64,000 bases of DNA, from NCBI GenBank assembly GCA_035084275.1, contig CM068746.1:17112001-17176000 (forward strand), in the 5' to 3' direction. The notes beneath the pieces were generated by a model. That model was not told the DNA's origin. It did not search any database and worked only from the letters and a program-made list of their open reading frames with translations. Within the stretch, counting starts at the first letter, position 1. Each line of letters opens with the position of its first letter. The DNA comes from Hydrolagus colliei. Taxonomy: Eukaryota. Of the stretch, positions 13,621 through 25,985 are shown in pieces. Made by a program: the position numbers and the translations under genes.

Positions 13621-16600
13621 AAACTATTTCCTTCTTGTACTTCTTGCCATCTTTAAAGAGCTACTGTATGTAAGTGCCTCTATAAATCATTGTGCAATTC
13701 TTAATCAACATTTTTCTAGAATAATTAGTCATTTAACTCACAGCTGTTTTATAGACTTGATAGTGCAAAATGGCTGCCACGTTTGCTGAAATAAAGAGTC
13801 TTCATGCTTGATAGTAATTACTTCGTTGACACAAAGCACTATAAAATGCAGGGCCTCGATTTCTTATGGACATATGAGGAACCCTGTGGTACGTGTTATT
13901 TCTGTGGCCTGCAAAACACATTACTGGACAATAAAAGATGTTATAAAAATTGTGAAGGGACAAGATGCATTAAGTAGATGATGTAATGTTTTCTCCAAAT
14001 CAAGTCTCGCACACCACAGCTTGAGGTATATCACGTGAAAATAGCACAATGCACAACTGCCTACCATGGTGTGAATAAGCCTTGAATGTCCTAACTATAA
14101 TACTGTATGCTCTTTGTACTGAATCAAAGAAAAAACACAGTTCACTACCGGCACTATTATCTACGTTGTAGCACTATTGACAGTAAATCAACAAATTGCT
14201 ATTTATCCCAAAACAGACAAGCACCTTCTCTGGGATGGTGGTGGAGATATGGGGGGGGAAATCACACTTTAGGATTCTAAATAAAGTCAGGATGAAATGT
14301 TCCCAATATTCCTAATAAAATTAGTAAGTGTAGTCAAAGAAAGTAGTATTTAAAAGAATAATCAATGTCCTACAGGCTGTAGTTAATAACCACAGGAACT
14401 ATAAACTACTGTATATCCTGTTGAACGTTGCAAATAGAAATCCCAAGAGCCAAAAATGCTAACATTATTTGCTCAACAAGCATTATGTACAATAAAGAAT
14501 CTTAAAACAATCCTGTAGATATATTGATGCAACATTTAATAAGCCTTTCAACTATAGCTATCATGCTATCACTTCTACTTACGTTATTCGTGACTTTATT
14601 TTAATAGCACAGTTGAGGTATCAACATTAAAAGAATTAAAACAGGAGAGTTTCTTTGAACATGAAAAAGGTTTGGCATATTAAAAAGGTCACAAGTGCAG
14701 TAAGCCAAGAAAGTGAAACATTGTAACTGATTACTTTAATTACTATTTCTTGCAGTTTTGAGGTAGTATTAAAAATAAGAGTTGCTCTCAATATGTTATG
14801 GATAGAGCGCTCGACATGAGGCATTAGATCAAATTGAGAATTGCTACAGGACTACCACTTGCCTTGCCTTTTTAAATCTTTAATACGAGGAAGGACAACA
14901 CTCTTGAAACTCGCATCTTTAATTTAATGTGGAATCACAAAGCAAGTACAACTGGACGTTTGCTCCATTTCCATACGGGGTCCATAACAGGAAGAAAATG
15001 GCCCTCAGTATTCTGAATGTTTAATGCTAATGATTCTCGCATTTTACTTGCTGTGTGTAATTGACCGCCGCGTTTCGCCCACATATATACAGTGAATTCA
15101 CTTTACTGTATATTCTGTGAAGCGCTTTGAAACGCCTAGAAGACTTGAAGTGCTATATCAAATGCAAGGATTATTATTGTTATTATTAAACTTATCACGT
15201 CATCGAGAAACATTGCAAAGCTCTTCACAGATAGACTGGTGTGACTTGTGTACTTTGTGGGTGATGAGGACATTGTGAAATAAATGCTGTTCAAAATGTT
15301 TGAAGCACGAGTCATTCAGAATCAGCTTGACGCGATAATGGGTATGTACAGCAGGATCAAATGAGTAAGGGCCTTCTCAGTCAGCCTCTCGTTATCTAGG
15401 AGTCATTTCACAGGTTGACCGAAGGTGTGTTGTAGCTGAGGTTACAAATTGCCATCAATCTGTACTGCAGTCTCAACCCAGACAATAGAAGACTTAATCA
15501 AATAAACTCAGTCTGTTCGTACAACTGACCCACAAACCAAGTAAAGACTAGAGGTTGGCCAGTTGGATTAAGTGGCAGCGTGTGTGGGTGGGGAGTTGGG
15601 GGAGAGAAGGATTCAATGCTCCGAATGGAAAAATAGATGTTTTTGAACAAAATGAAAACATATATCTTGTACTGCACAAAGTTAATTTTCCTAACGTTAG
15701 TCCCAAAAAGGCAATCAAACTAAAGTCTCATTATAAAGACGCCACGTCATTATTCAGAAAGAGAAGGGAGCTTCTCTCACTGTCCTGGCCAACAATCTCC
15801 CAAATAAAATTGGTCATTTACCTCAGGCCTATTTGTGGGACACTGCTGCAGGCAACATCCTGGCACATTACGCCCACAAAATCCAGTGAATACGGTTTAT
15901 GATATAACCAGTGAAACGCTTTGAGGCTTCCCAATGACGTGATAAGGTGCAAGGATTATTACTTTTGCTGTACCTTGCATTTTTTAAGCTGAACTCACAT
16001 TGTTATCTATAAATATATCAAATATGCACACATGATATTTTTGTGCTGTGGCGCTTTTCCTTCATAGCCTTAAAGAGTGTCTTCTAATGAGAAGTAGAAG
16101 AAAGGGCTCTGGTGAATTCCTGTCATGATCAGCTGAGGAAAGGGTTACATCAGCAGGCAGATGCTCAAATTGCAAGGCTAGAAATTGCATCTACTCCATT
16201 TGAAGCAGATTTCAATTGCCTGGCTGTACCAGGCACTGTCTGGTCTGGGCTGCTGAAGCTCATCATTATCTGCTTCCATTCAACAGATTTGTTCATCATT
16301 TTGAAGATGAAACCCTCCTCCTTATCAACTGATATTGTAGCGTATTTACAAAGGCATGTTTCCACTATCAATCTTCCTTGAAACACAAGCTCCATTTTAT
16401 TGGTGCCATCAACGAAATTATTGTCCATCCACAAGCACATATTTGTCCTTTTAGTTTTTTTTTTAAAAAGGCAATACTAAGCATCTGCTACGCAATTTGT
16501 GCAAATTAAAGAAAAATTATTCTATACACGAATTGTGCAGCAGTCAATATGACATTACACGCATCACAGATTAGCTAAATGTTTAGGGAGTGGAATCCCT

Positions 16601-17605
16601 TTTAAATGATCCAAACCAGAGTATTTTCATTGGACGTCTATATCTCTATTGAGCACACTTTGCACTTTTTGAAATTGTGCACAATATTCAACTTTCAGGC
16701 TCTACAAGCATTGTTCTATTGCAGAAATCAATGAAGCTTGAAGAATCCACCATGAAAGCTTCAATCACCTTTAGAATACAATTAGACACCGTGCTTCAAG
16801 CAATGCCAGTATAATCTCTGCCAAAAGCTTGAAAAGACCCAGTGGCAAAAATAATTGCAACTTGCAATTTCACTACAACGTGTAAAGATCAGGGCTTCAC
16901 AAATCTCTTCCCTAGTCTTTAACTGCCATGTAGTTTTAAAGGGGAACCAACCATTTAAAAAAAAATAGCCAACACTAGATACCGGGTGTTCCATGTTCCT
17001 ATGAACACACACCCTTACTCAAAGTGCGTAGGGAGTGGAGAAAGTAGGTGTTAACTTGTACAGGGCACCCACAAAGTTGTGATAACTACCCTTTTACAAC
17101 AACAACTTGGATTTATACGGCGCCCTCCACGCCAGACAAATAAAATCAAGTCAAAAGACTTTAGACATTGCAATGGTATCCTGACTTTTTGGTCGCCCTG
17201 TAGTTCATCTAACCTGGCTTATCTATTGATCTGCAAGTCCTTTAGATGATACAGAACATCTATTTAGCTAACATTAAAACTTGGGGTGATACACAATGTA
17301 CAGTGGATGTTAAACAACTCACTGTTAGTAACCGCCCTGTGGAAATTTTGATCCTTATTAGTAGCTTGAATCAAGGTTTTAACTCCCCCTCCCCTAAAGC
17401 TATTATTGCACTACAAGAACATTTTTCATGTTTATTTTCATTTGTGTACTGCTTTGTCCTGTTCCAATTCACGAAGCTCTAATATCTCTTTTTAGAGGAG
17501 CTGCTGAACCACATTGTAATTCATCCAATAATTGCCTTCTCTGTTCAGCTTTGAAAATTTGTTGTTATTCCCACCTTTATTTTCCTATTCAATTTCCTTG
17601 TTGTC

Positions 17606-18005
17606 CAGCTCATTCAGAACACTGCCGCCTGTGTTCTCACCTGCACCAAACCTCACTCCCTGATTACCCCAGTCCTTGCCATACTTCACTGGCTCCCTGT
17701 CCGGGAGAGGATCGCTTTCAAGATCCTCACTCTTGTTTTCAAATCTCTCCGCTCCTCTGCGCCCCCTACCTCTCTGACCTCCTTTCTCCCCAACACTGCA
17801 CCCATTGCCTTCACTCCTCCGGTTCTGGTCTCCTCCTTATCCCCAGGATCCTCCGCTCCACTGTTGACAGCTGTGCCTTCAGCCACTACGCCCCAAAGCT
17901 CTGGAACTCCCTTCCTCACTTCCTTCACCTCTTCTCTTCCTAGTTTTAAATCTCAGCTGAAGACCTTTCTTTTCGACTGCGCCTTCATTCACCTTTTCCA
18001 TTGTT
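17606..18005 (+). mobile_element. L2 3' fragment
   Basis: IQNTAA...LHWLP...AFSHYAPKLWNSLP...FKSQLKTFLF. Confidence 0.85.
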
Positions 18006-18035
18006 ATTTAAAGGATAATAATGTTGTTTTAAAGG

Positions 18036-18343
18036 ATAATAATAATAATCCTTGCATTTGATATATCGCCTTTCATGTCTTCCAGACGTCTCAAAGCGCT
18101 TCACAGAATATACTGTAAAGTGAATTCACTGTATATTTGTGGCCGAAATGCACAGCCAATTGCACACAGCAGGGTCCCATAAGCAGTCATGGATTGAATT
18201 GATCAATTTACTTTGTTTTATTTGAGTGATTATTATAGACGTATGAAGTAAGGAATCTTGCCCAAGGATTCGCCCTGCCTGGATTCAAACACAGGTCTTA
18301 CCCTTGTAAGGCAAGTGCTCTTACCACTGAGCTACAGGACTCC
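18036..18343 (-). mobile_element. tRNA-derived SINE, full length
   Basis: Family head, core and tail present. Confidence 0.9.
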
Positions 18344-20188
18344 ACAAGGATGGCACTGGTCTTCAAACAATCTACCTTAGAGTAACTATTATGACTCTGT
18401 TTGATAGGCTTAAGTTTGCCCAGCAAAGGTTACGTACCGAGATTGTGTAACATGTCGACCCTATAACAGATTGAATTTTGTGTGCTATGGTTGATGGAAG
18501 ATTGTAGCACTGTTGCATTCAATTTCTGAATAATCTCTGGGTCACTCAGATGAACCAAATGTAGGAGAGAGGCATACCTTTTGGCTCCCTAACACACTGA
18601 GTCAAGAAGCAATCATGCGCAACACTTTACAAGCTCAGAGTCCTTCACAATTGGGTATTGGCAAAGTACATTCGCCTGCATTACCTTGTTTAGTTTTGCC
18701 TCTTAATACAACAACATTGCAATTATCACCATTTCATTTTGAATACTGTATTGTATTGTATCTGGCCTGCTTCATGTCCCCTGACCCACGTGCCCCACCA
18801 TTGGCAGGCAAGCCTCCAGCTACTTTGCCCCCAACCTCTGGAACTCGATCCCGAAATCCCTCCGCCTCAACTTGTCCCTCGCCTCAATCAATCAATCAAT
18901 CAATCAATCCAAACTTACATTTATATAGCGCCTTTCATGTCGACAGGATGTCCCAAGGCGCTGTACAGTTAGGTAGGGATAAGAGCAGGGGGGGGAGGGG
19001 TCGGGGCAGGATGAAGAAGAGTAGGAAAATTGACTGTATATTTGTGGGCCTCCTTCAAGTCTCAAGATCCTCCTCTTCAACGGTCCCATCGGTCACTCCT
19101 AATCCCCCTCTTTCCCTCCAATCTTCCTGTCGCCAGCTCGGATCTGAAAAAATGGCCGCCCAGCGTCTTGAGACGTCCTCCTGACATGAAAGGTGCGTTA
19201 CAAGTGTAATTTTGTTGTTGTTGATTTTATTTCATTCAATTTTTGATCTATTCGGTTTGTTCCCCATACTTCAATTTCAGACTTCAATTCATTCTTATCT
19301 GCTCCATACTCCAAAAGTCGGTTGAAATGAATCCCAAATGTTAGTCGTAATTTGTTCCAATAGCACTGCTCTCCATCTATTTGTTCCTTTGCACAAAGAA
19401 GTTCTCAAGGTAACTAGAGTTCAATTAAGGAAGGAATTTTGAACCGTGTTAGAGTTACTAAAATATTGCCTTCAAGTACACTTTATTCACCTGTGTCATT
19501 CAGAAATGAAACAGAGGGAAATGATATTTTGATAACATTTTTTGCAAATGAATTCACTTCCAACATTCACTTTAGCCTGCCCTCTGCAAATTCCATTGTT
19601 TCTTCTCAAAACTGAAGTACAGCAGTTTCTTTCAGCTACTGTCTGATTTTGTGAGGACAATCCTGGTGAAAAGAGTATGTATAATAATGGCCATTTGAAA
19701 CGTGAGAAGAGAAGAACAAGAATGGGGGCACTCAGCTCATCCAGCACAAGTTTGGTCACTCACTCCATGAGTTTGTTTATGGGACATTGCTGTGCGCGTA
19801 CCAGATGCCTAATTCGCCCACAAAATCGGCCACAATCAATCCACTGTGTCGTATATCCTGCCAAACATTTTGAGATATCTCGACAGTGTGACAAGGCACT
19901 TATATCAAATGTAAGGGTTAGTATTTTTATGATTCCACTTATCTGGATAATTTTGCAATTCCCACTTTACTTCCTGTCGTATGGTCATCTCCAGACCTGG
20001 ATATACCCTCCTCTTCTTATATTCAGTTCATTTATGGAACATAAAAAGCTGGGGGCCTCAGTTTCAATCAGCAATCCTTCAGATTTGTGGAGCACTAGAC
20101 ATTCAAGTACATATATAAAAGATGGATAATGTCAAATATTACCTTTAAGTCCTTTTCCCCCCCACCCCCAATTCCAATTAACATCGCA

Positions 20189-20490
20189 GGGTCCTGCACT
20201 TCAGTAGTTAGAGCACTCGTCTTACAAGCGAAAGACCTGAGTTTGATTCCTGGCAGGTCAGGGTGAAAGCTTGGGCAAATTTCCTTACTCCACACCTGAT
20301 AACAATCCCTCAAAAAAGCATTGGTCACTAAATCCACGATTGTTGTTGGACACTGCTGTGCACAATTGGCTGCGCATTCAGCCCACAAATATACCATCGA
20401 TTCAATTTACAGTACTGTATATTCTGTGAAGCACTTTGAGACGTCCAGAAAACGTGTAAAGCATTATATCAATTGCAAGGATTATTATTA
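20189..20490 (+). mobile_element. tRNA-derived SINE, full length
   Basis: Family head, core and tail present. Confidence 0.9.
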
Positions 20491-22060
20491 ACATTAAGCA
20501 CTGAAGCACACCTCAATCTACATTGAAAAATAATTCCTGACTTAAAGTTACTAAGGATATTAATTATTCAAAATGGCTATTTTTTTACAAAATTAACTGC
20601 AACACCAATATTTTGAGCAAAATGCTGAATTTAGGAATATTTTTTTCAGTGACGTAGATTTAACACACATTTAATTCTGTCTCCAATCACATATAATTGA
20701 GCCAGAGCTTTGGTGGATTGTATAGATACATTACACCAAGGCCTCCAAACAAAATGGAATGAACCGATACAGTTCTCAGAACAAGGACACCTCAATACCA
20801 ATACAGGTTTCTTATGTAGGTCACCAGAATCCTTCTTTAAGATCCCATTAAACACCAGCCCTCCTCATTCAGGTTGCATCTTCTCTAGTGTTGAGGAATG
20901 AACTGCTGAAAGTATAAGGTTATTTGTTCTTCCCACTTAACTACTGTATTTCAGAGAGTACTATACAAGACGTGGCATTTCAAGAAAGTATTTGGCATTT
21001 TTCAATCAAACAATTACAAATAAAAAAAATGTAAATGCAGGTTTTTTGAGCCTCCTATCCATAGAAGTGAGTTAAGGGGAACAATTCCTCCTCGAGTATT
21101 GAAAGACTTCAAAACAGAATACTGTACATACTGCACACGTTCCAGTTAATTTCCCCAGAAATGATCAGTTAGAACTGTTGTAAAGTTAAATTAGACACAC
21201 GCTTGAAATATTAAACATTTAGAAAGCACCAGAACCAATGGTGAGCTGGAAAGTAACCAACTTATGTTTTATTTCTGAAACTGGATCCCACGAAGGGTTA
21301 AAAAAAAATGACACAAACAAACTGTAATAAAACTGCTTTTATGTCGGATATTGATGGCATTATTAAGAATCACAGGATTCCCACAATATGCCACAGATTC
21401 CCCTACACGGGCTCTGTGTAACATCACTGTCTTCCATCAAGGGAAAAACATAAGACATCCACACTTTAGCAAAAATGCAACAAGAATAAAATTAGATGCA
21501 GCATTTTAGAAATCGTTCTAAAAAAAAAACCAGCCCACCCCTTGTAGTTTTTTTTTTTATATAAGTCCACAAACCTTTTGTTTCCCCCATTAAACGCCTG
21601 CTTCACCCCGGCTTGTTCCAAACAGCTCCATCTACACATGACGAAACGCAAATTACCCCAAAAAAAAAAAAAAAATGACTGTGGCAATGGAAGGCAAATG
21701 TTTTCTGGGGGAATTTGCTGAAATCACATCATCATCATCGCAACTCCCTCAGATTCGCGATCATGTCACGCGTGGGGGAGGGGAGGGGAGGGGACCAGAC
21801 AAACAAACAAAAAAGAAGTCATTTCCATCAGGATGGAAATCGGATGAGATGCAGAGAAGGTTTGTCCTGAGTTACTCCGGCTCCGCTGTGCCACAGGGTG
21901 CACCTGTTAAGAAACAAGGCTGGAAATACCCCAGTGATCCGCTGCGATTCCTCGCACCTTTTTTGTTTGGCAGGGAAACAGCTCGCAAGCGCCACCCCTC
22001 GCCCCCTTCTTACCATGTAAGCAGATTTCTTTATCCATCAGAAGCATTAACCAGGGGAGG

Positions 22061-22855
22061 NNNNNNNNNNNNNNNNNNNNNNNNNNNNNNNNNNNNNNNN
22101 NNNNNNNNNNNNNNNNNNNNNNNNNNNNNNNNNNNNNNNNNNNNNNNNNNNNNNNNNNNNNNNNNNNNNNNNNNNNNNNNNNNNNNNNNNNNNNNNNNNN
22201 NNNNNNNNNNNNNNNNNNNNNNNNNNNNNNNNNNNNNNNNNNNNNNNNNNNNNNNNNNNNNNNNNNNNNNNNNNNNNNNNNNNNNNNNNNNNNNNNNNNN
22301 NNNNNNNNNNNNNNNNNNNNNNNNNNNNNNNNNNNNNNNNNNNNNNNNNNNNNNNNNNNNNNNNNNNNNNNNNNNNNNNNNNNNNNNNNNNNNNNNNNTT
22401 GTATATGTCTATGTGTGTGTGTTGTATATGTCTGTGTGTGTGTTGTATATGTCTATGTGTGTGTGTGTTGTATATNNNNNNNNNNNNNNNNNNNNNNNNN
22501 NNNNNNNNNNNNNNNNNNNNNNNNNNNNNNNNNNNNNNNNNNNNNNNNNNNNNNNNNNNNNNNNNNNNNNNNNNNNNNNNNNNNNNNNNNNNNNNNNNNN
22601 NNNNNNNNNNNNNNNNNNNNNNNNNNNNNNNNNNNNNNNNNNNNNNNNNNNNNNNNNNNNNNNNNNNNNNNNNNNNNNNNNNNNNNNNNNNNNNNNNNNN
22701 NNNNNNNNNNNNNNNNNNNNNNNNNNNNNNNNNNNNNNNNNNNNNNNNNNNNNNNNNNNNNNNNNNNNNNNNNNNNNNNNNTTGTATATGTCTGTGTGTG
22801 TGTTGTATATGTCTATGTGTGTGTGTTGTATATGTATATGTGTCTGTGTGTGTGT
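22061..22855. other. Assembly gaps (22061-22398, 22476-22781) within a (TG/TA) microsatellite; a third gap lies at 37796-37930
   Basis: Runs of N flanked by TGTGTGTTGTATATG repeats. Confidence 0.98.
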
Positions 22856-23200
22856 TGCTCGTCCCTTGTTTCCTCTAACCCAAGTCGCCAACAATAAATG
22901 CGAATCGCTCACTCTCGTCCAACAAACACAGAACAAGAACTGACCGCTTTTCAACAGGAGGTGGGTTTCAACACGGGGTGGGGGGGGGGGGGGGAAATCA
23001 CAGTGTGTACAGAGAGAGAGAGGGGGGGGATCACTGGGCTGCAGCAGTCAGGAGATGTAGTTGAGAGATGCTCTTGTGGGTAGCAAAGGCACAAGGGGAC
23101 AACCCTTTTCCTCTCTCTCTCTCTCTCGAGGCACAAACCTTGTTGGAGATGATGCAGAAGCCAATGCGTATTTCTTTCTGCCTCTTTATATGTGTGTGTG

Positions 23201-23235
<35 letters not shown>

Positions 23236-23490
23236 CTGTCACATTTATTTCATCCACACTCTGCCCCTGTCAAGGCAACACGGGCAACATCACCGACTGT
23301 GCTGGGAATGGGCTCTGAGACTGAGAGCTGGACTCACACGTAAATCGTGTCAACGTGCAGCCAAAAACGACACCGTGTGTATGTTGTATCAGCCGCCTCC
23401 CCCAATATAAACCCTCTCCCACAAATAGACCCCCCCCCCCCCCCCCACCTCTCTCTCTCTCTCTCTCCCTTCCTCTCTGAATTTTGCCTT

Positions 23491-23918
23491 GCCCTGTGTT
23501 TGATGCCCTGTGTTTGATGCCCTGTGTTTGATGCCCTGTGTTTGATGCCCTGTGTTTGATGCCCTGTGTTTGATGCCCTGTGTTTGATGCCCTGTGTTTG
23601 ATGCCCTGTGTTTGATGCCCTGTGTTTGATGCCCTGTGTTTGATGCCCTGTGTTTGATGCCCTGTGTTTGATGCCCTGTGTTTGATGCCCTGTGTTTGAT
23701 GCCCTGTGTTTGATGCCCTGTGTTTGATGCCCTGTGTTTGATGCCCTGTGTTTGATGCCCTGTGTTTGATGCCCTGTGTTTGATGCCCTGTGTTTGATGC
23801 CCTGTGTTTGATGCCCTGTGTTTGATGCCCTGTGTTTGATGCCCTGTGTTTGATGCCCTGTGTTTGATGCCCTGTGTTTGATGCCCTGTGTTTGATGCCC
23901 TGTGTTTGATGCCCTGTG
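23491..23918. repeat. Perfect 14-bp minisatellite (GCCCTGTGTTTGAT) x30 plus a partial unit
   Basis: 420 bp of identical units from 23491 to 23910. Confidence 0.98.
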
Positions 23919-24788
23919 CCTCTCCCCAGCCAGGGAGAAATCAAATCCACAGAGAGAGAGGACAGTCCACCTGTTTGTATTATATTAAACCCTGCGGGTT
24001 TTGAGATCTAATCACATCACATCACACCAAGCAATCAACACATGTACACGTTTAATGAATGTCCTTACAAAACTGCCACAACTCCTCACTCCCCGTTATA
24101 TGTATATATATATATATACACTGTGTATCTATGTATATATGTTCTGCCCTTCTCTTCTCCCATATTGCTCACAGCCTCCCCTCCATCTCCTCTTCTCCCC
24201 CGCCTCCCCCCCCCCAGGCTTGTGCATGTGAAGCGAGCAGTCGCTAGAATGCGCTGGGTGCAAGTTGCCCACTCTATCTCCCTCTGCGATGGGATGGGAT
24301 GGGAAGGGAGGAGATGGTTTGGGAAGAGAATTGGAAATCCGCAGTTTTCACTGGCAGCACCCAGTGGAATTTAGTAAGTACTGCGTTTCCTCTCTTCCCT
24401 GAAAACTCCAGGCATGTTGTGAATGTTTTAAAACAAAAATGTGTGTGTGTGTGGGGTGGGGGGGGAGGTGGGGGTATGTGTTCTTTCAAGAGAGTAACGA
24501 TAGGCAGTTATTTAATTCACCTGTTTCTCTCTGAAACAGTTCTTCCTCTCAGTTCTCACCTGTGCAGCCTCCATCCACTGTTTGCTGGGAGCTGTCCCTG
24601 TCAGCACTCACTGCCCCCACCCACTCTCTTCCCAACTGGACTAACATACAGTCCTGTACTTTATTTAGTGTTACCAAGGCACAGGAGACTATACAAGGTG
24701 TCCATACAGTGTCAGGAGCGAGTGCAGAAACATTACCACCGGCCATTGGATTGGAGTCAATGCAACGCCATACCATTTACGTTCACGT

Positions 24789-25104
24789 GGATTCCTGTAG
24801 CTCAGTGGTTAGAGCACTCGCTTTACAAGCGAAAGACCTGGGTTTGATTCCTAGCAGGTCAGGACGAAACATTGGCCAAGTTTCCTTTCTCCAAACCCCT
24901 GATAATAATCCCTCAAAAAAATAATAAATTGGTCACTCAATCCATGACTGTTGTTGGACACTGCTGTGCGCAATTGGCTGCCGCGTTTCGCCCACAAATA
25001 TACCGTCAATTCACTTTACAGTATATTCTGTGAAGCGCTTTGAGACGTCTAGAAGACGTCCAGAGGTGAAAAGCACTATATCAAATGCAAGGATTATTAT
25101 TATT
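24789..25104 (+). mobile_element. tRNA-derived SINE, full length
   Basis: TAGCTCAGTGG A box, GGTTTGATTCC B box, GGATTATTATT tail. Confidence 0.9.
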
Positions 25105-25577
25105 TCTATAACAAAGCTTCTTTCACATCAGGAAGACGTCTCAAAACACTTCACATAAGAATTGCTGGATAAAAGAAGACCATTCAGTTCACTTCCATTA
25201 CCCTTCATCCATTCCATATGCATCCACATATTATGTCTCAAACAATATTCTCTCAATAGTATATCCCACAATATTGTTGACATGGTGGGTGGGCATCTGA
25301 GCTGAGGGTGGAAGCTACAGGGGGGTGTAGAGGGAAAGATTGAAAGTGAGGTGCATTGTGAAACTTGCCTTGAACTAAATATTAGACCCTGTCCTCAAAA
25401 CACTTCCTCATATAGGTTTGGGATCCTTATGCCAATATCGAAACAACCTTGTGAATTCTAAATCATTCCATTGCTGAAATTCTAACATCTAACATTGTAC
25501 TACATTAAGTAATCTTTATTCAACAGTTGAGATGATTCGTAGTACAATGAAACAACTGAATAGGCTGCGAGGTCGAG

Positions 25578-25985
25578 TCAACAACAACAACAACAAAATT
25601 ACATTTATAAAGTGCCTTTCACATCGGGAGGACGTCCCAAAGCGCTGAACAATCAGGTCGGGCCCTGAGCAGGGGGGGAAGGGTCAGGGTAGGGGGAAGG
25701 GTCAGGGTAGGGGGAAGGGTCAGGGTAGGGGGAAGGGGAAGGAGAGTAGGAGAGGGGGAAGAGCTAGGAGGGGAGCAGAAGGCACAGTCGAAGAGGAAGG
25801 TCTTGAGACCGGCCTTGAATGAGGAAAGAGAGGAAGCGAGGCAAAGGGATTGCGGGATGGAGTTCCACAGTGTGAGAGCAGAGAGGCTGAAAGCCCGGCC
25901 ACCGATGGTGGGGCAGATAGGGCGATGGAAGTGGAGCCTGCTGAGCAGAGGGGATGGGCAGCTGATAGGGAGACAGCAGGTCGGT
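25578..25985 (-). mobile_element. L2 3' fragment with internal 18-bp G-rich tandem repeat
   Basis: (CAA)n tail, PTIGGRAFS..LWN on the minus strand; GGGTCAGGGTAGGGGGAA repeats at ~25680-25735. Confidence 0.8.

Noticed and set aside
21675-22954. Long ORFs of 159-422 aa
   Set aside because: They run through N gaps and microsatellite.
23270-23950. 226-aa repetitive ORF, or CRISPR-like array
   Set aside because: Pure 14-bp tandem repeat without spacers; the frame is open only because the unit lacks stops.
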